Shown: piece by piece, positions 33,657 to 44,779 of the stretch | Numbering within the stretch: the stretch's first letter is position 1 | Layout: each line of letters opens with the position of its first letter | From: an uncultured Planctomycetaceae bacterium | GTDB lineage: Bacteria; Planctomycetota; Planctomycetia; Planctomycetales; Planctomycetaceae | Direction: 5' to 3' | DNA length: 64,000 bases | Assembly (NCBI GenBank): GCA_963815195.1 | Contig: CAWFGE010000015.1 | Location: 704,001-768,000 of the forward strand | Notes under the pieces: generated by a model | The model's input: only the letters and a program-made list of their open reading frames with translations | Told to the model about the DNA's origin: nothing | Databases searched by the model: none | Program-made: the position numbers and the translations under genes

Positions 33657-35003
33657 CTATCGTCTGTCTGAACTCGCCGGCGGCTGGGACTTCGAGCTGT
33701 CGCGGGAAAGGCGGGCGGCCGGCCAATAGATGATCAGCACCGTCGCGATCGCGGCGGCGGCGATGGAGAAAAAGCCCCTGTAGTCGGCCCGCGAGGGGTC
33801 GTCCAGATGAAAATGCTGCCCCAACTTCCCCGCCAGCAGAAAGCCGATGGGCATCGCGACCCCCATCGTCACGAACGCGAACAGGTTCTGCGCGCTCGCC
33901 CGCAAGTCGGGCCGGCATTGGCGGTCGACGTACAACTGGATCACGATCACCAGATACACGTGGCACACCCCATGCAGCCCAATCCCGCAAAGCACAAGCC
34001 ACATCGGAGTATCAATCGCGAACAACGTGTACCGCACGACCCAGGCGAGCATGCCCAGCGCAAACGTGGCTTTGAGCTTCAACTTTCTGAGGCACAAAGG
34101 CAAGAGGATCAACGCGGGAAATTCGGAAATCTGGCCGACGGTCATCACGGCCGGCACCCAATGCCCGCTGATCCCCGCATTCTCCAGCAGCAGGGGCACC
34201 GCATAGCTGTAGGCAGGCACGATCACCGCCAGGGCGAAACTCACGGAAATCATCAACGTGAACTGCGGGTTTTTGAACATCGACAACGTTTCGAGCGGGG
34301 CCACTTTGCCTTTCGACTTGCCGGTCCGTAAAGGCGGCGTCGCGGGCAGCAGGATGCAAAAGCTGCTCAGCATAAACGACAAAATCGCCGCGATCCGGAA
34401 CGAGTCGGCACTCGTGGGCCGGCCGAACCGGCTCAGAAAGGCTTGGTATTCGTCGATGATCGCCCGCTGGTTCGGAAAGTTTGCATACAGCCACTTGAGC
34501 GCATCGTCCTGTCCCAGCCACAAGGACAACACGACCCCCGAAAGCACCCAGCCCACCGTGCCCCAGATGCGGACTTTGCTGAATTGCGAATCGGGATCGG
34601 GCAGATGCCGAAACGAGAGCGAACTCGCCAAGGGGATCGTGGGGAAATAGGCGACGGCGTAAATCGACACCAACAGCAACAAGACGGCGAAGTTGTCCTG
34701 CGTCTCGCGGTGGATTTCCGCGGCCAAAGGGACGCATAAAAGCGTCAAGCCCCCGACCAGATGGGCCATCGCCAGGTATTTGTTGCTGGACAGCCAGCGG
34801 TCGCAGATCTGCCCGACAATGAGCGGAGCGGCAAGCAGGCCGACGGCGGAGACGGCCATCAGTTGCCCGAGCTGCTCCGAGCTGACCTGGTGTTCGGTGA
34901 AGTACAAGGGCAGATAGGTGAGGATGGCCCCGGTAATCCCCCATTCGAGCGCCCACAGCACCGAAAGCCGCCATCTCAAATGCCAGGGCAGGGCTTCAGA
35001 CAT
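33657..35003 (-). CDS. MFS transporter, nucleoside:H+ symporter-like
   Basis: VRIWGTVGW, GQISE, GIGLHGVCH and QLYVD...RASAQ, with about 12 TM helices. Confidence 0.85.
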   Translation of the reverse strand: MSEALPWHLRWRLSVLWALEWGITGAILTYLPLYFTEHQVSSEQLGQLMAVSAVGLLAAPLIVGQICDRWLSSNKYLAMAHLVGGLTLLCVPLAAEIHRETQDNFAVLLLLVSIYAVAYFPTIPLASSLSFRHLPDPDSQFSKVRIWGTVGWVLSGVVLSLWLGQDDALKWLYANFPNQRAIIDEYQAFLSRFGRPTSADSFRIAAILSFMLSSFCILLPATPPLRTGKSKGKVAPLETLSMFKNPQFTLMISVSFALAVIVPAYSYAVPLLLENAGISGHWVPAVMTVGQISEFPALILLPLCLRKLKLKATFALGMLAWVVRYTLFAIDTPMWLVLCGIGLHGVCHVYLVIVIQLYVDRQCRPDLRASAQNLFAFVTMGVAMPIGFLLAGKLGQHFHLDDPSRADYRGFFSIAAAAIATVLIIYWPAARLSRDSSKSQPPASSDRR

Positions 35004-35083
35004 CACGCGCGAAATCTCCCGAGGCCGAGTTGTCCCACCTTATCGAACGCACAATCTGGGACTTGGGATCACGAGAAACCGCC

Positions 35084-36477
35084 TCACCCGTCCAAGGCCC
35101 CGCTGTGCCGCTCTTTGGGATCTTCGGGAACGTTCTCCGCATACGCATCCGCGACCTCGCCCTCGCTGACCGCGGCGATTTTGGCGTCGTCATGGAAGAG
35201 CACCAAAAACAGGACCATAATCACCCCCGCAAAAATGGCGCAGAACTGCCAAATCGCGTCCCAGTTGTAGGTGTGGAGCAGTATTTCGCTATCCTGTTTG
35301 TTGGCGTTGACGACGCGCTGCATGATTTGCGCCCCCAAACCGAGCCCGATGCCTTGCGTCATCAGCACCAAAAAGCCCTGGGCCTGTCCGCGAATGTGCC
35401 GGGGGGCCTTCTTATCCACGTAAATCTGTCCCGTCACGAAGAAGAAGTCGTAGCAGATCCCGTGCAGAATAATGCCGAACAGAATCATCCACTTCACGCC
35501 ATCGTCAGCCGCAAGGGAAAACAGACCGTACCGCACTACCCAGGCCAGCATGCCCGCGAACAGCATCCATTTCACGCCCAGCCGGGCAAAAAACAGCGGC
35601 ATCACGAGCATGAAAAAGATTTCGGACATCTGCCCGAAGGACATGTTGAACGCCGGGTCCTGAAAACCCGCATGATTCACGAACACCTGGGCAAAAGCAT
35701 AATACGCGGCGAGCGGAATGCAGATCAAAAGCGAACTCATCATGAACATGAAGAACGACCAGTTCTTCATCAACGCCAGCGAGTCCAGTCCGAGAATATC
35801 GCCAACGGTGGCCTTCTGACCCGCGGACGGTGGCGGCGTGTGGGGCAGGGTGAAGCTGTATACTCCCAACGCGATCGCTGCGCCCCCGGCAATCTAGCAG
35901 CGTGATGGGCCTGTTCGTCCGCGTGCAAAACCCGGCTCACAAGAACATTGGCCACGATCCAGCCGATCGTCCCGAACACGCGAATCAGCGGGAACTGTTT
36001 TTCCGGATCGGTAATGTTGTGAAAGGCCAGCGTGTTCGTCAGCCCCAGCGTCGGAATGAAGCAGAGCATGTGAGCGAGCAAAATGCCAACGAACGGCAAA
36101 TGCGCGGGATTGATCCAGTACTCAAGAGCCTGCTTTTGCGGATCGATGCCTTGGGCTTCCAAGTCCTTCGCGATCGCGGCCCAATTCTCCACAGAGAGGT
36201 CGGCCATCATCGGGGCGAGCAGCAATGCGATGCCGCCCAGCAAGTGCATCGCCCCCAACACGCGTTCGGTGGCGAAATAGCGGTCCGCAATCATCCCTAA
36301 AAAAAACGGCGAGATGATGGCAGCGATCGGTCCCACGGTATAGACCCAGCCGATCGATTCCGCCATGCCCAGGGCGGTCATGTAATTTCCCACGGTCACA
36401 TACCAAGAGCCCCAGATGAAGAACTGCAGGAACATCATCACGGACAGGCGCGGGCCGACGGCGGCGGGTTGGGACAT
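35084..36477 (-). CDS. MFS nucleoside:H+ symporter (NupG/YegT-like; apparent indels ~35895-35912)
   Basis: RLSVMMFLQFFIWGSW, IRVFGTIGW, GQMSE and LHGICYDFFFVTGQIYVD, split over two ORFs. Confidence 0.88.
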
Positions 36478-36754
36478 GGCAGCTTCCTTCGGTTCAATGG
36501 CGGTCGTTCAACGGGTGCAACAGCCGAATTCCCGGTTCGGAAAAACAAGGATTCGCTGCCGTGATGATGCCGATTCCCCGGCCATTGGGCAACCGTACCG
36601 CACCGGAACTCCCGAAAAACCCCGGCGTTTCTGCGATTTCGCCCGACCCGCAGCCGCAACACCCGCCCAACCCCGCGCCGGATTGCATTTGCCTCCGCAG
36701 CCTGCCATCATTTCCCGTGACATTGATAGTTAAACCACGACAACGGAACCGACG

Positions 36755-38728
36755 ATGATGAGTCTGGCAGAGCCTTCCACTTGGAACGACGCCGATGCGG
36801 AGTTTCTCAAGCAAATCCCCTGGACCGCCGAGGCGGAGCCGGCTTTGACCAAGGCCGCGGCGAAAGGCGATCTCAAAGGCTTCTGGTCCGAGTTGACACA
36901 AACCGGGTTCGGCCTGGGGCCGCGGGCCTCCCGCAAAAAGGTTCACGATCGCCGGTACGCGGCTGCGATGTCCTTGTGGTCGCAAGCCTCCTTCGAGCAA
37001 ACGCCGACCGAAGCCCGGCTCGCGGGCGTTTGGACCGAGATTGCCCAGCGGTTGGACGCGGCCCGGTTGGCGGCGGCTTCGCATCAAACTTCCAAGAAAA
37101 ACAAAACCTCGCTCCAGAGCAAAAACGGCCAGGCCGGGAAGTCCGCGATCAAACTCCCGCGAAAGCTCGTCTCGGCACTCGGAAACTGGCTGGAATCGGC
37201 CGCGGGCCAGGCCCCGTCCGCTTGGGAACTTTTGATGCTCGCCGACCTGTTGCGGCAGGCGGGCGATTCGCTCCCGGCCAAGGTCGGCGTTCCGCTCTGG
37301 CGGCGCGGCTTGACTGCCTTTGGCTCGTGGGCCGACCTCGCGGAGCACGAAGAACCGGCGGAGTTCCAGGCGATCGACGCTGGCGAATTGCCGTGGGTTT
37401 TGGGCGTGCTGTTTTCCCACATCCAAGGGGCCGAGTCGCTTCGCGACCGCGGCCGGCAGACGCTGCGAAAGCTGCTCGACGACGACACCGACACCGATGG
37501 CACTCTGCGAGCCGAGGAGATGCAGCGCGTGAGCTTGTGGCTGCCGCCCTGGGTCCGGGCCGCGGAGTGGGCGTATGCGGCGGAACGTTCCCTGTGGGGC
37601 GAAACGATGGGCGAGCGTTTTCGGTCATTGATCGAACGCGTGGCGGCGTGTTATGCCGGGGACGGGCATTGGGCGCTCGATCAAACCGCCGGCCCGCACG
37701 CGCTTCCGATGTTATTGACCGCTGCCCGGCTCGCGGGCGTCTCCAAAAAAGAATGGCCGCTCAAGTTCCTGTTGGACGTGGCGGAGGCTTCGCCGGAACT
37801 CTTGGCGGGGGCGGAATCGCGCATCAAACATTCCGCGAAGCTCAAGACCTCCCGCCGGCGGGCCGCGGAAACGGACGCGGACGCGATCGTGCAGCAGTCC
37901 GACTGGGCCCGCGTCGCCTGTTTGCGAAACCACGCCGGCCGCGATGCGGACGTGTTCGCGATCGCGCATCACCGCCCGCTGCCGAACATCGATCTGTCGA
38001 TCCTGGGCCACGGCGTCATGAAGGGCCCGTGGGAGTTGGAGGTTTCGATCGACGAAGCGCCGGTCAAACTGCCGGGCGAATGGACCTGCGTGTGCTGGCA
38101 CAGCGATGCCGACGGCGATTATCTGGAACTGCAACACACGATCGATGAGAACCGCCGGATCGAACGCCAGGTGTTCTTGTCGCGGCCTGAGCATTTTTTG
38201 GTGATGGCCGACTGCATCTCCGGCGCGGCCGAAGGCGTGATCGATTACACCGCCCGCTGGCCGCTCGTGGAAAACGCCCAAGTCGCCCGGCACGAATCCA
38301 CCCGCGAACGCGTGGTCAGCGTCGGCGATGTTTCCCTGCGCACCTTCCCGCTCGCTCTGCCCGACGACGTTTACCAGAGCACCTCGGGAAGTTGGGACCT
38401 GGCGGAAAAGGGTGAAACGACTTTAGAACTTCGGCAACAAAGCGTGGGCGGATTGTATGCTCCGGTCGTCTTCGATTGGACGCCCGCCCGCCAAAGGAGC
38501 TACGCCGACTGGAAAACCCTCACGGTCACCGAAAACGGCCCCAAGGTCAAAACCGACCGGGCCTCGGGGCACCGCCTTCGCATCGGCAACCATCAACTCC
38601 TCATCTACCGCAGCCTGGCCCCCAGCGAAGAACTCCGCACCGTCCTGGGCCACCACACCGGCCACGAAACCATCCTCGCCCGCTTCGACAAATCCGGCGA
38701 CGCGAAACCGCTGTTGATCGTGGAGTGA
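36755..38728 (+). CDS. Hypothetical protein (helical N-terminus, beta-rich C-terminus; possibly heparinase II/III-like fold)
   Basis: 657 aa ORF with plausible composition. C-terminal WTCVCWHSDADGDYLELQ and ERQVFLSRPEHFLVMAD. The fold call is tentative. Confidence 0.6.
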   Translation: MMSLAEPSTWNDADAEFLKQIPWTAEAEPALTKAAAKGDLKGFWSELTQTGFGLGPRASRKKVHDRRYAAAMSLWSQASFEQTPTEARLAGVWTEIAQRLDAARLAAASHQTSKKNKTSLQSKNGQAGKSAIKLPRKLVSALGNWLESAAGQAPSAWELLMLADLLRQAGDSLPAKVGVPLWRRGLTAFGSWADLAEHEEPAEFQAIDAGELPWVLGVLFSHIQGAESLRDRGRQTLRKLLDDDTDTDGTLRAEEMQRVSLWLPPWVRAAEWAYAAERSLWGETMGERFRSLIERVAACYAGDGHWALDQTAGPHALPMLLTAARLAGVSKKEWPLKFLLDVAEASPELLAGAESRIKHSAKLKTSRRRAAETDADAIVQQSDWARVACLRNHAGRDADVFAIAHHRPLPNIDLSILGHGVMKGPWELEVSIDEAPVKLPGEWTCVCWHSDADGDYLELQHTIDENRRIERQVFLSRPEHFLVMADCISGAAEGVIDYTARWPLVENAQVARHESTRERVVSVGDVSLRTFPLALPDDVYQSTSGSWDLAEKGETTLELRQQSVGGLYAPVVFDWTPARQRSYADWKTLTVTENGPKVKTDRASGHRLRIGNHQLLIYRSLAPSEELRTVLGHHTGHETILARFDKSGDAKPLLIVE

Positions 38729-38839
38729 GAACGCTTGGCTGCGATGGAACGGACAGTGAGGGATTTCAACATTTCCCTCGTTTGCGCTTCGGGCGAATGA
38801 ATGATGCGGTGGAGCGCGTTCGGGCTGATAAACCGTGAA

Positions 38840-41099
38840 TCATTCGGGTTGCTTGCTGGCCGGGGCGAGCGGGCTTGGGATCGGGAATTGCTGCAGTTGG
38901 GCGCCGATGGTGCGGGGGGTGGGTTTGAGCGAACCGATCACCGAAGCCAAAGCCGAGGCGAGCTGCGGGTTGCCGGCATTGGGGACGGCGGCTTGAATTT
39001 CGCGGACCTGGTCGGTTGTCAACAGCAAACTATGCCGCTGAATGTGGAACGCCAATTGGATCGCGGCCAACTCGCGAAGCGGAATCGGATAGACCGCATT
39101 GACGGCCACAGCTTCCAAGCGGCGTTGGGCGGTCTTCGTGGGGATCGCCGCGAGGGCTTGGAGGGCGTTGACGGCGATGTCGGGGTTTTCGATCGATTGG
39201 CTCAGCGCTTCTTCCGCCGAGGCGATGTCGAAAATGTCCGTGCGGTGGCTGCTGGTGATGTGCGCGAGCCAATACGCCGCCGCCGAGGCCTGGGCCGCCC
39301 GCTCTTCGGGCGAGAGCGGTTCCGACTGGAGCCCGTTCAAAAACGGCTCGACCTGCTCGCGAAAATAATCGAGCGTCAGCGATTCGCGGAAAAATCCCGT
39401 CAAAGGCGTTCGCTTTAAGACTCCCTGGACGCCGGCCTCGGCCCACTCGGGACCGAAGATCAAAATCGGCAGGCTGGCGGTGCGGGCGTCTGCACGGAAA
39501 TTCGCGATCGTCTGCGAGAGATCCCAATTGGTGACGTTGGCCTGGATCGCGACGACTTCCACATCGTTCCGCTGAACCGCGGCTTTGAATCCCTCTTGCC
39601 CGGTGAGCCGCGTGATGGGCTGGCCGCGAAATCCCAACTGCTGGAACAAGCCGGCCACGTTGTTGGCCCGCTGGCTGTTGGGATCGATCACCAACACCGC
39701 CGGTCCGCCGCTGTCGCCCAGGGCCCGCGTGAGCGTTTCCACGACCCGGCCGGACCCGGAGAACTCGCGGTCGGGGTCGAGTTGGAGCACCGTCACCGCC
39801 GCGGCAAATTGCACGCGCGGGTCGGGATAATTCGAGCGCGGCCAAGATCGGCGAGCGCTCCGCATTGGTGCCGAAGAGCTGAGTGCGGGTGGCGATTTGG
39901 CCCAGTGCCTGGAGGCTTCCCACCGCGGCGAGCACGTTGCCGTTCTGCAGAGCCAGATTCAGCGTATCCGACACCAGGCCGGCTCCGCTTTGGAGGGCCA
40001 ATTGAAACGCGGTTCCCGGTCCGGTGGGCAGCGGGGCGTTCCAGCCCGCGCGGTCGAGCGCATTGGCGAGGGCGAAGCCCAGGAACAGGGCCTGCGTTTC
40101 CTCATCCTCCGGCGACAAAGCCAACGCGTCGCGGGCCAACTCCGCCCCGCGGTACAGCGAAGCCGCCTTGGGCGTCATCTCCACGGGGACGACGCTCTGA
40201 TTTTGCGGGTCCCAGGTCCAGATCGTGACGGCCTCTTGGCCGTCTTTCATGGTCCACGGGTAAGCGTAGCAAAAATGCTCCAAAGCGGACTGCTTGAGTT
40301 TCGCCGGGGCTCCGTACGGCGTGACTTGCAGCGGCCGCCCGCGCTCGGGCTTGAGCAGCCGCGTCAAAGCGTTCCGGGCGGTCTCGCGCAGTCCCGGAGG
40401 TTCGTTCGGACCAAACGCGGGCCGCCAGAGATAAGGCACAACGTCTTTGCCGCCCACGTAGCCCAAGACGTCCGCAGCCGCGCCGCGAATTTCGTTGTTC
40501 GGGCTTTCCAAGGCCCCCAACAGCGGCGGGATCGCCTGTTGGCCCATCTGCGCCATGCCCAGGATGATCGCGCTCTGTTCGCCGCCGGTGGACGTCGCCG
40601 CCTGTTTGAGCATTTCCGGCACCACGACCGGTCCCGCACTTCGCAGCGAGGCGATCGCGACCGCCCGGTCCCGCGGAGTGCCGGCGAGGTCTTTGATGAG
40701 CTTGTTGATCCGCGCTGGATCGGCGGCCCGCTTGCGGAAAGCCGCTGTGATCTTTTCGTAAAGCGTTTTCGACTCCGGCTGCAAATCGCGGTCGGCGGCC
40801 ATCTTCAAAAAGACCGCCGGTCCGTATTTGTCGCGAACCTTGAGGAGCGTGGCTTCGTCGGGGTTCGCGTTCAGAAATTGGCTGATATATCGTTTGGCCA
40901 GACCGGGCCGAGCGAGACGCTGCATCAGCACCGCCGCCTCCATGGCTTCCTCGGGGCTCTGCGGCTCGATCAACAGCGGAGATTCTTCGGGCAGTGGCAT
41001 CGGGGCGGCGGGCGGTTGGGCCGGAACCCGCTCCACCCGGCCGAACACGCCCCAGAGGGCGAGAGCCATGAAAGAGATTCTCCCCGACATTTTCAGCAT
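38840..41099 (-). CDS. Exported HEAT-repeat protein with pseudo-receiver-like domain (apparent indel ~39830)
   Basis: Signal peptide and HEAT units (IRGAAADVLGYVG). Removing one base gives ALDYPDPRVQFAAA. A REC-like segment AVLVIDPN...EVVAIQA...LPILIF follows. Confidence 0.75.
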
Positions 41100-41239
41100 T
41101 CGTTCAACTCCCGCATCTCGATTTCCCCCCTCGCCGACGCCGTGGGGAGCGAGGACTGAGGCAGCCCGGCCATTTTATGGTAGAGTCCCGGCCCGCCTTT
41201 GTACAATGAGTTTTTGCTGTTTTCTCTATTTTGGCTGTT

Positions 41240-41827
41240 TTAACATGTGGACATGCCGTTTGAATAGACGGCAGTCTCCGTAACGACCGTATCCAAAGGC
41301 ACATCATGGGGTTCGGTCGGAACGCGGGGGACGATTTGACACTCGAATCCCAGCCCGATTTTAGCAATTTCGGGCCGAATTTGGCACAATAAGCGGTCGT
41401 AAAACCCGAACCCATGCCCCATCCGCCCTCCGCAGCGATCGAACGCCACGCCTGGCACGATGAGCAGATCCAGTTCGGCTGGCAAGATCCGCCGATCCGG
41501 CAGATTTCGGAGATCGGGCGCGGGTTCCTGAATCCCAAACCGCCCGCAGCCCAGTTCGTTCAAATCCCGCAGCCAAAACAGTTCCAACTCCCGCCCCGCG
41601 CAAAAAGGCACCGCCAACCGTTTCCCGGCCTCGAGCGCTTCGGACAGCCCCGACCTGGTGCGGACTTCGCTGCGGACATCCACATAAAACAGCACGGTCC
41701 GGGCCGCTTGATACGCCGGCAGCGAAAACACCCGTTCCAAGATCCGCCGCGAAACGGCGTCCTTGTCGGCCTGGGCGTCCCGCCGCGACAGCATCTCCGC
41801 CCGCAATCGGCGTTTCTGGTCTTGCAA
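41240..41827 (-). CDS. 5-formyltetrahydrofolate cyclo-ligase
   Basis: KRRLRAEM, FGIQEP, LIVPGVAFD, RMGHGFGFYDR and EPHDVPLD. Confidence 0.92.
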   Translation of the reverse strand: MQDQKRRLRAEMLSRRDAQADKDAVSRRILERVFSLPAYQAARTVLFYVDVRSEVRTRSGLSEALEAGKRLAVPFCAGRELELFWLRDLNELGCGRFGIQEPAPDLRNLPDRRILPAELDLLIVPGVAFDRCGGRMGHGFGFYDRLLCQIRPEIAKIGLGFECQIVPRVPTEPHDVPLDTVVTETAVYSNGMSTC

Positions 41828-41837
41828 GCGGAGGTTC

Positions 41838-42926
41838 CTATTCGGCAGTGCCTTTGAGGATTTTCAGCGTTTGGGCGGCGTCGGTGCGGATGCGGATTTC
41901 GGGGTGGCTTTCCGCGATCGGCTCCACCAGCTTCTTCAGTTCGTCTTTCTGAGCGTCGGACCATTCGCCGTTGAGCTTTTGCACGGCTTTGAGGGAGTTC
42001 TGCAGGCTCACCAACTCCATCCCGCTTTGCCGGGGTTTGTCGGCCGCTTCCTTGAGGACGCTCCGAAACACCGGCCAACCCGCGGTCGACGACTGCCGCG
42101 CGAGGCCGATCGCCGCGTTCACCTCGACGTTGCGGTCGCTGTCGCTGAGCATGACCTCCAAACGTTGCCGGCTTTCCTCGGAGGGCAACAGTCCGAGCAC
42201 AAACGCCCCCATCTGCCGGAACACGGGCTCCGATTCCTTGGAGACCGCGACGACATCGTCCAACAGCGAAGGAATCGTCACCAAATCTTCCATCAACAGC
42301 GGGCGGTTTTCCGCTTCGGACCGCTCGGCGGTGCGATGGGCGATGAGCGAGATCGACCGCAGCGCCTCCAACCGCACGCCGCGGTCTTTGTCGTTCGTGG
42401 CCAACATCAATTTCTGGAGGGCGGGGATGACCAACTCCGGCTGATCCATCAAGCCGAGCGCCGTCACGAGGTATTGTTGCTGGTTGAGCGATTTTTCCCG
42501 CGGGATGTCGGCCTTTTGTTGCTCTTCGAGAACATCCAGCAAGGCCTTGGCGATTTCGGGATTTTGGGCGAGGTGTTGGCCGTCCGGGCCGCGGTCCTGA
42601 TCGACTTTGAGCAACTGGGCCAACCCAATCGCCGCCCGCCAGCGGCGATGTTCGTTGGAGTTCCGCAGCTCCATCACGAGCGTTCGCCAATCCTGCTCGC
42701 CGGAGGCCATCCGCCCGAACAAGGCATACACGCCGATGATGGCCCCCACGATCAACATGGGGATCAAAAACAACTGCACGATGAACCCCGCCGAGGGCGG
42801 CTCGACGGGCGGCAGGTCTTCGATGCTCCGCGGGCGAGACGGTCCGCTCGGCTTTGTTTCGGCAAACAAATCGTGGCCGCCGGTTTGGGACGCGGGGTTT
42901 TGGGCGTGGGGATCAAATTCAGACAT
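41838..42926 (-). CDS. Membrane-anchored HEAT-repeat protein
   Basis: LPPVEPPSAGFIVQLFLIP TM segment, with RWRAAIGLA and VEVNAAIGLAR HEAT-like units. Confidence 0.8.
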   Translation of the reverse strand: MSEFDPHAQNPASQTGGHDLFAETKPSGPSRPRSIEDLPPVEPPSAGFIVQLFLIPMLIVGAIIGVYALFGRMASGEQDWRTLVMELRNSNEHRRWRAAIGLAQLLKVDQDRGPDGQHLAQNPEIAKALLDVLEEQQKADIPREKSLNQQQYLVTALGLMDQPELVIPALQKLMLATNDKDRGVRLEALRSISLIAHRTAERSEAENRPLLMEDLVTIPSLLDDVVAVSKESEPVFRQMGAFVLGLLPSEESRQRLEVMLSDSDRNVEVNAAIGLARQSSTAGWPVFRSVLKEAADKPRQSGMELVSLQNSLKAVQKLNGEWSDAQKDELKKLVEPIAESHPEIRIRTDAAQTLKILKGTAE

Positions 42927-43066
42927 TGGGAAACCGTGGGGTTATGGAGTTTTCAATTGTCAGCCGGAACGCGCGAGCGTCCGGTTGTTGCAATGAACCG
43001 GGGGGGACCACCCTGCGGGTGGTGCCCCCCGGCGGCTCATCAAGTCTAGACGCGGTATTGCGAGGG

Positions 43067-43690
43067 TCAACTCTGGGTGCGGAAGGCCTGCCGCAACGCC
43101 TCGTAATCGGCGGGCGTGTCCAGATCGGTCAAAACGGCCGGATCGTCGATGGACACCTCCTCAATCGTAGCCCCTGCGCTATGAATCAGCCAGTTCAACC
43201 CGCGATCTTTCGGGATGCCCGGCAACTGATCCGCGAGTTTCCACGAAAAGATCGTGGGATGCCCGCGCCGGCCTTGGCATGTCGGGATGAGAATCTCCGC
43301 CCGCGTGGTTTGCCAGGCGGCGAGCATCTGGTCGATCACCGCGACCGAAAGCACGGGATGATCCGCCGGCACGAGCAACCAGCCGGCGTCGTCTTTCGGA
43401 TCAAACCGCTCGGCGATCGCGGAAATGGCGTATTGCACGCTGTCCCGCATTTCCGGCGGGTCGATTTCCGGCTGGATGGCCCAGGCCCCGGACGGATCGA
43501 CTTCCGCGCGCAATTCGTCGTCCGACCGCCTGAGCACCACGGCCCGGCAGCGGACCTGCGGCCGATCCAGCGCTTCGAGCAGCCGGGCGAGCACGGTTTT
43601 TTCGCCCAGCGGCAAAAGCAACTTCGGCCGCCCCATCCGCCGGCTCAGGCCCGCCGCCGGGACCACGGCATAAATCTCTCGTTCGCTCAT
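43067..43690 (-). CDS. Nucleotidyltransferase family protein (MocA/MobA-like)
   Basis: PAAGLSRRMGRPKLLL, PADHP, GHPTIF and DLDTPADY. Confidence 0.88.
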   Translation of the reverse strand: MSEREIYAVVPAAGLSRRMGRPKLLLPLGEKTVLARLLEALDRPQVRCRAVVLRRSDDELRAEVDPSGAWAIQPEIDPPEMRDSVQYAISAIAERFDPKDDAGWLLVPADHPVLSVAVIDQMLAAWQTTRAEILIPTCQGRRGHPTIFSWKLADQLPGIPKDRGLNWLIHSAGATIEEVSIDDPAVLTDLDTPADYEALRQAFRTQS

Positions 43691-43720
43691 TTTCGATCGG
43701 GGATTAGAGGAATGAAAGCA

Positions 43721-43891
43721 TGTATGTTTCAGAAAAGTCGGTAGGACTTGGGTGGCACGCCCCCGAGCCCCAGCGAAGCGCGTGGCCATTACAAAGACCA
43801 CGCCCTTCGTGCCTCAGGGCGTGCCACCCATCCCACTCACCCCCTTGAAAAATAGACCAAATATTTTCCACCTGCTTTCGTGAAACACACA
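43721..43891. repeat. Repeat family A copy 3 (reverse orientation, complete TIRs)
   Basis: TGTATGTTTCA...TGAAACACACA ends with internal hairpin ~43749-43829. Confidence 0.85.
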
Positions 43892-43992
43892 CAATTCAAG
43901 CAGCACGCGCCCGGCTGCTTGCAGCGTTTCACCACGGCGGCTACGCTCTAACCGGCGCTCTTGAACTTTGACTCAACACACGGACGCGGACG

Positions 43993-44757
43993 GTGCGAAT
44001 TTTACTGACCAATGACGACGGGATCCACGCCCCCGGTTTGCGGGCGTTTGGTGATGCGCTCGCAAACGCCGGCCACCAAGTGCAGGTCGTGGCTCCCGCG
44101 CTCGAACAGAGCGGCGTGGGGCTGTCGATCACCTACTTGCATCCCTTGATGGTGGATGAGGAATTTCGCGACGGAAAACATTTCGGCTGGGCCGTGCATG
44201 GCAGCCCCGCCGACTGCGTGAAGCTCGGCATGCTCGAATACTGCAAGCAGCCGCCCGATCTCGTCTTGAGCGGGATCAACTCGGGATCGAACGTGGGCAT
44301 CAATGTGCTTTATTCCGGGACCGTGGCGGGGGCGATCGAGGGGGCGTTTTACGGGGTCACCTCCATCGCCGTCTCCCAGGCCACGCGCACGCCGCCCGAC
44401 TATCACCGCACGGCGGAAATCGCCGTGGACCTGATCGATCAAATCCTCAGGGCCGCACCGAAAGCCGGGTCCCTGTGGAACCTCAACTTTCCCGAAAGCG
44501 AGCCCGGCCCGCCCCGGGGCGTAAAAGTCGTGAAGATGGGCGTCAAACGCCATTCCGACGTGATGGAAAAACGCGAAGACCCCAGGGGCCGGCCGTATTT
44601 CTGGAGCGGCCTCGACCCCATCAAAAACCACGCCATGGAACCGGGCACCGACCTTAAGGAACTCTCGGAAGGTTATATCACCCTCACCCCACTCCACTTC
44701 GACCTGACCGAACCGCGGACCGTCAATCACCTGCAACAACACCCTTGGCGGCTATAA
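43993..44757 (+). CDS. surE: 5'/3'-nucleotidase SurE
   Basis: RILLTNDDGI, GSPADCV and SGINSGSNVG..YSGTVAGAIEG. Confidence 0.96.
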   Translation: MRILLTNDDGIHAPGLRAFGDALANAGHQVQVVAPALEQSGVGLSITYLHPLMVDEEFRDGKHFGWAVHGSPADCVKLGMLEYCKQPPDLVLSGINSGSNVGINVLYSGTVAGAIEGAFYGVTSIAVSQATRTPPDYHRTAEIAVDLIDQILRAAPKAGSLWNLNFPESEPGPPRGVKVVKMGVKRHSDVMEKREDPRGRPYFWSGLDPIKNHAMEPGTDLKELSEGYITLTPLHFDLTEPRTVNHLQQHPWRL

Positions 44758-44779
44758 AAATCGAATCGGCGAAAAAGCG

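Noticed and set aside
41827..41838. 6S RNA upstream of 5-formyl-THF cyclo-ligase
   Set aside because: Only about 10 nt separate it from the upstream HEAT gene, leaving no room.
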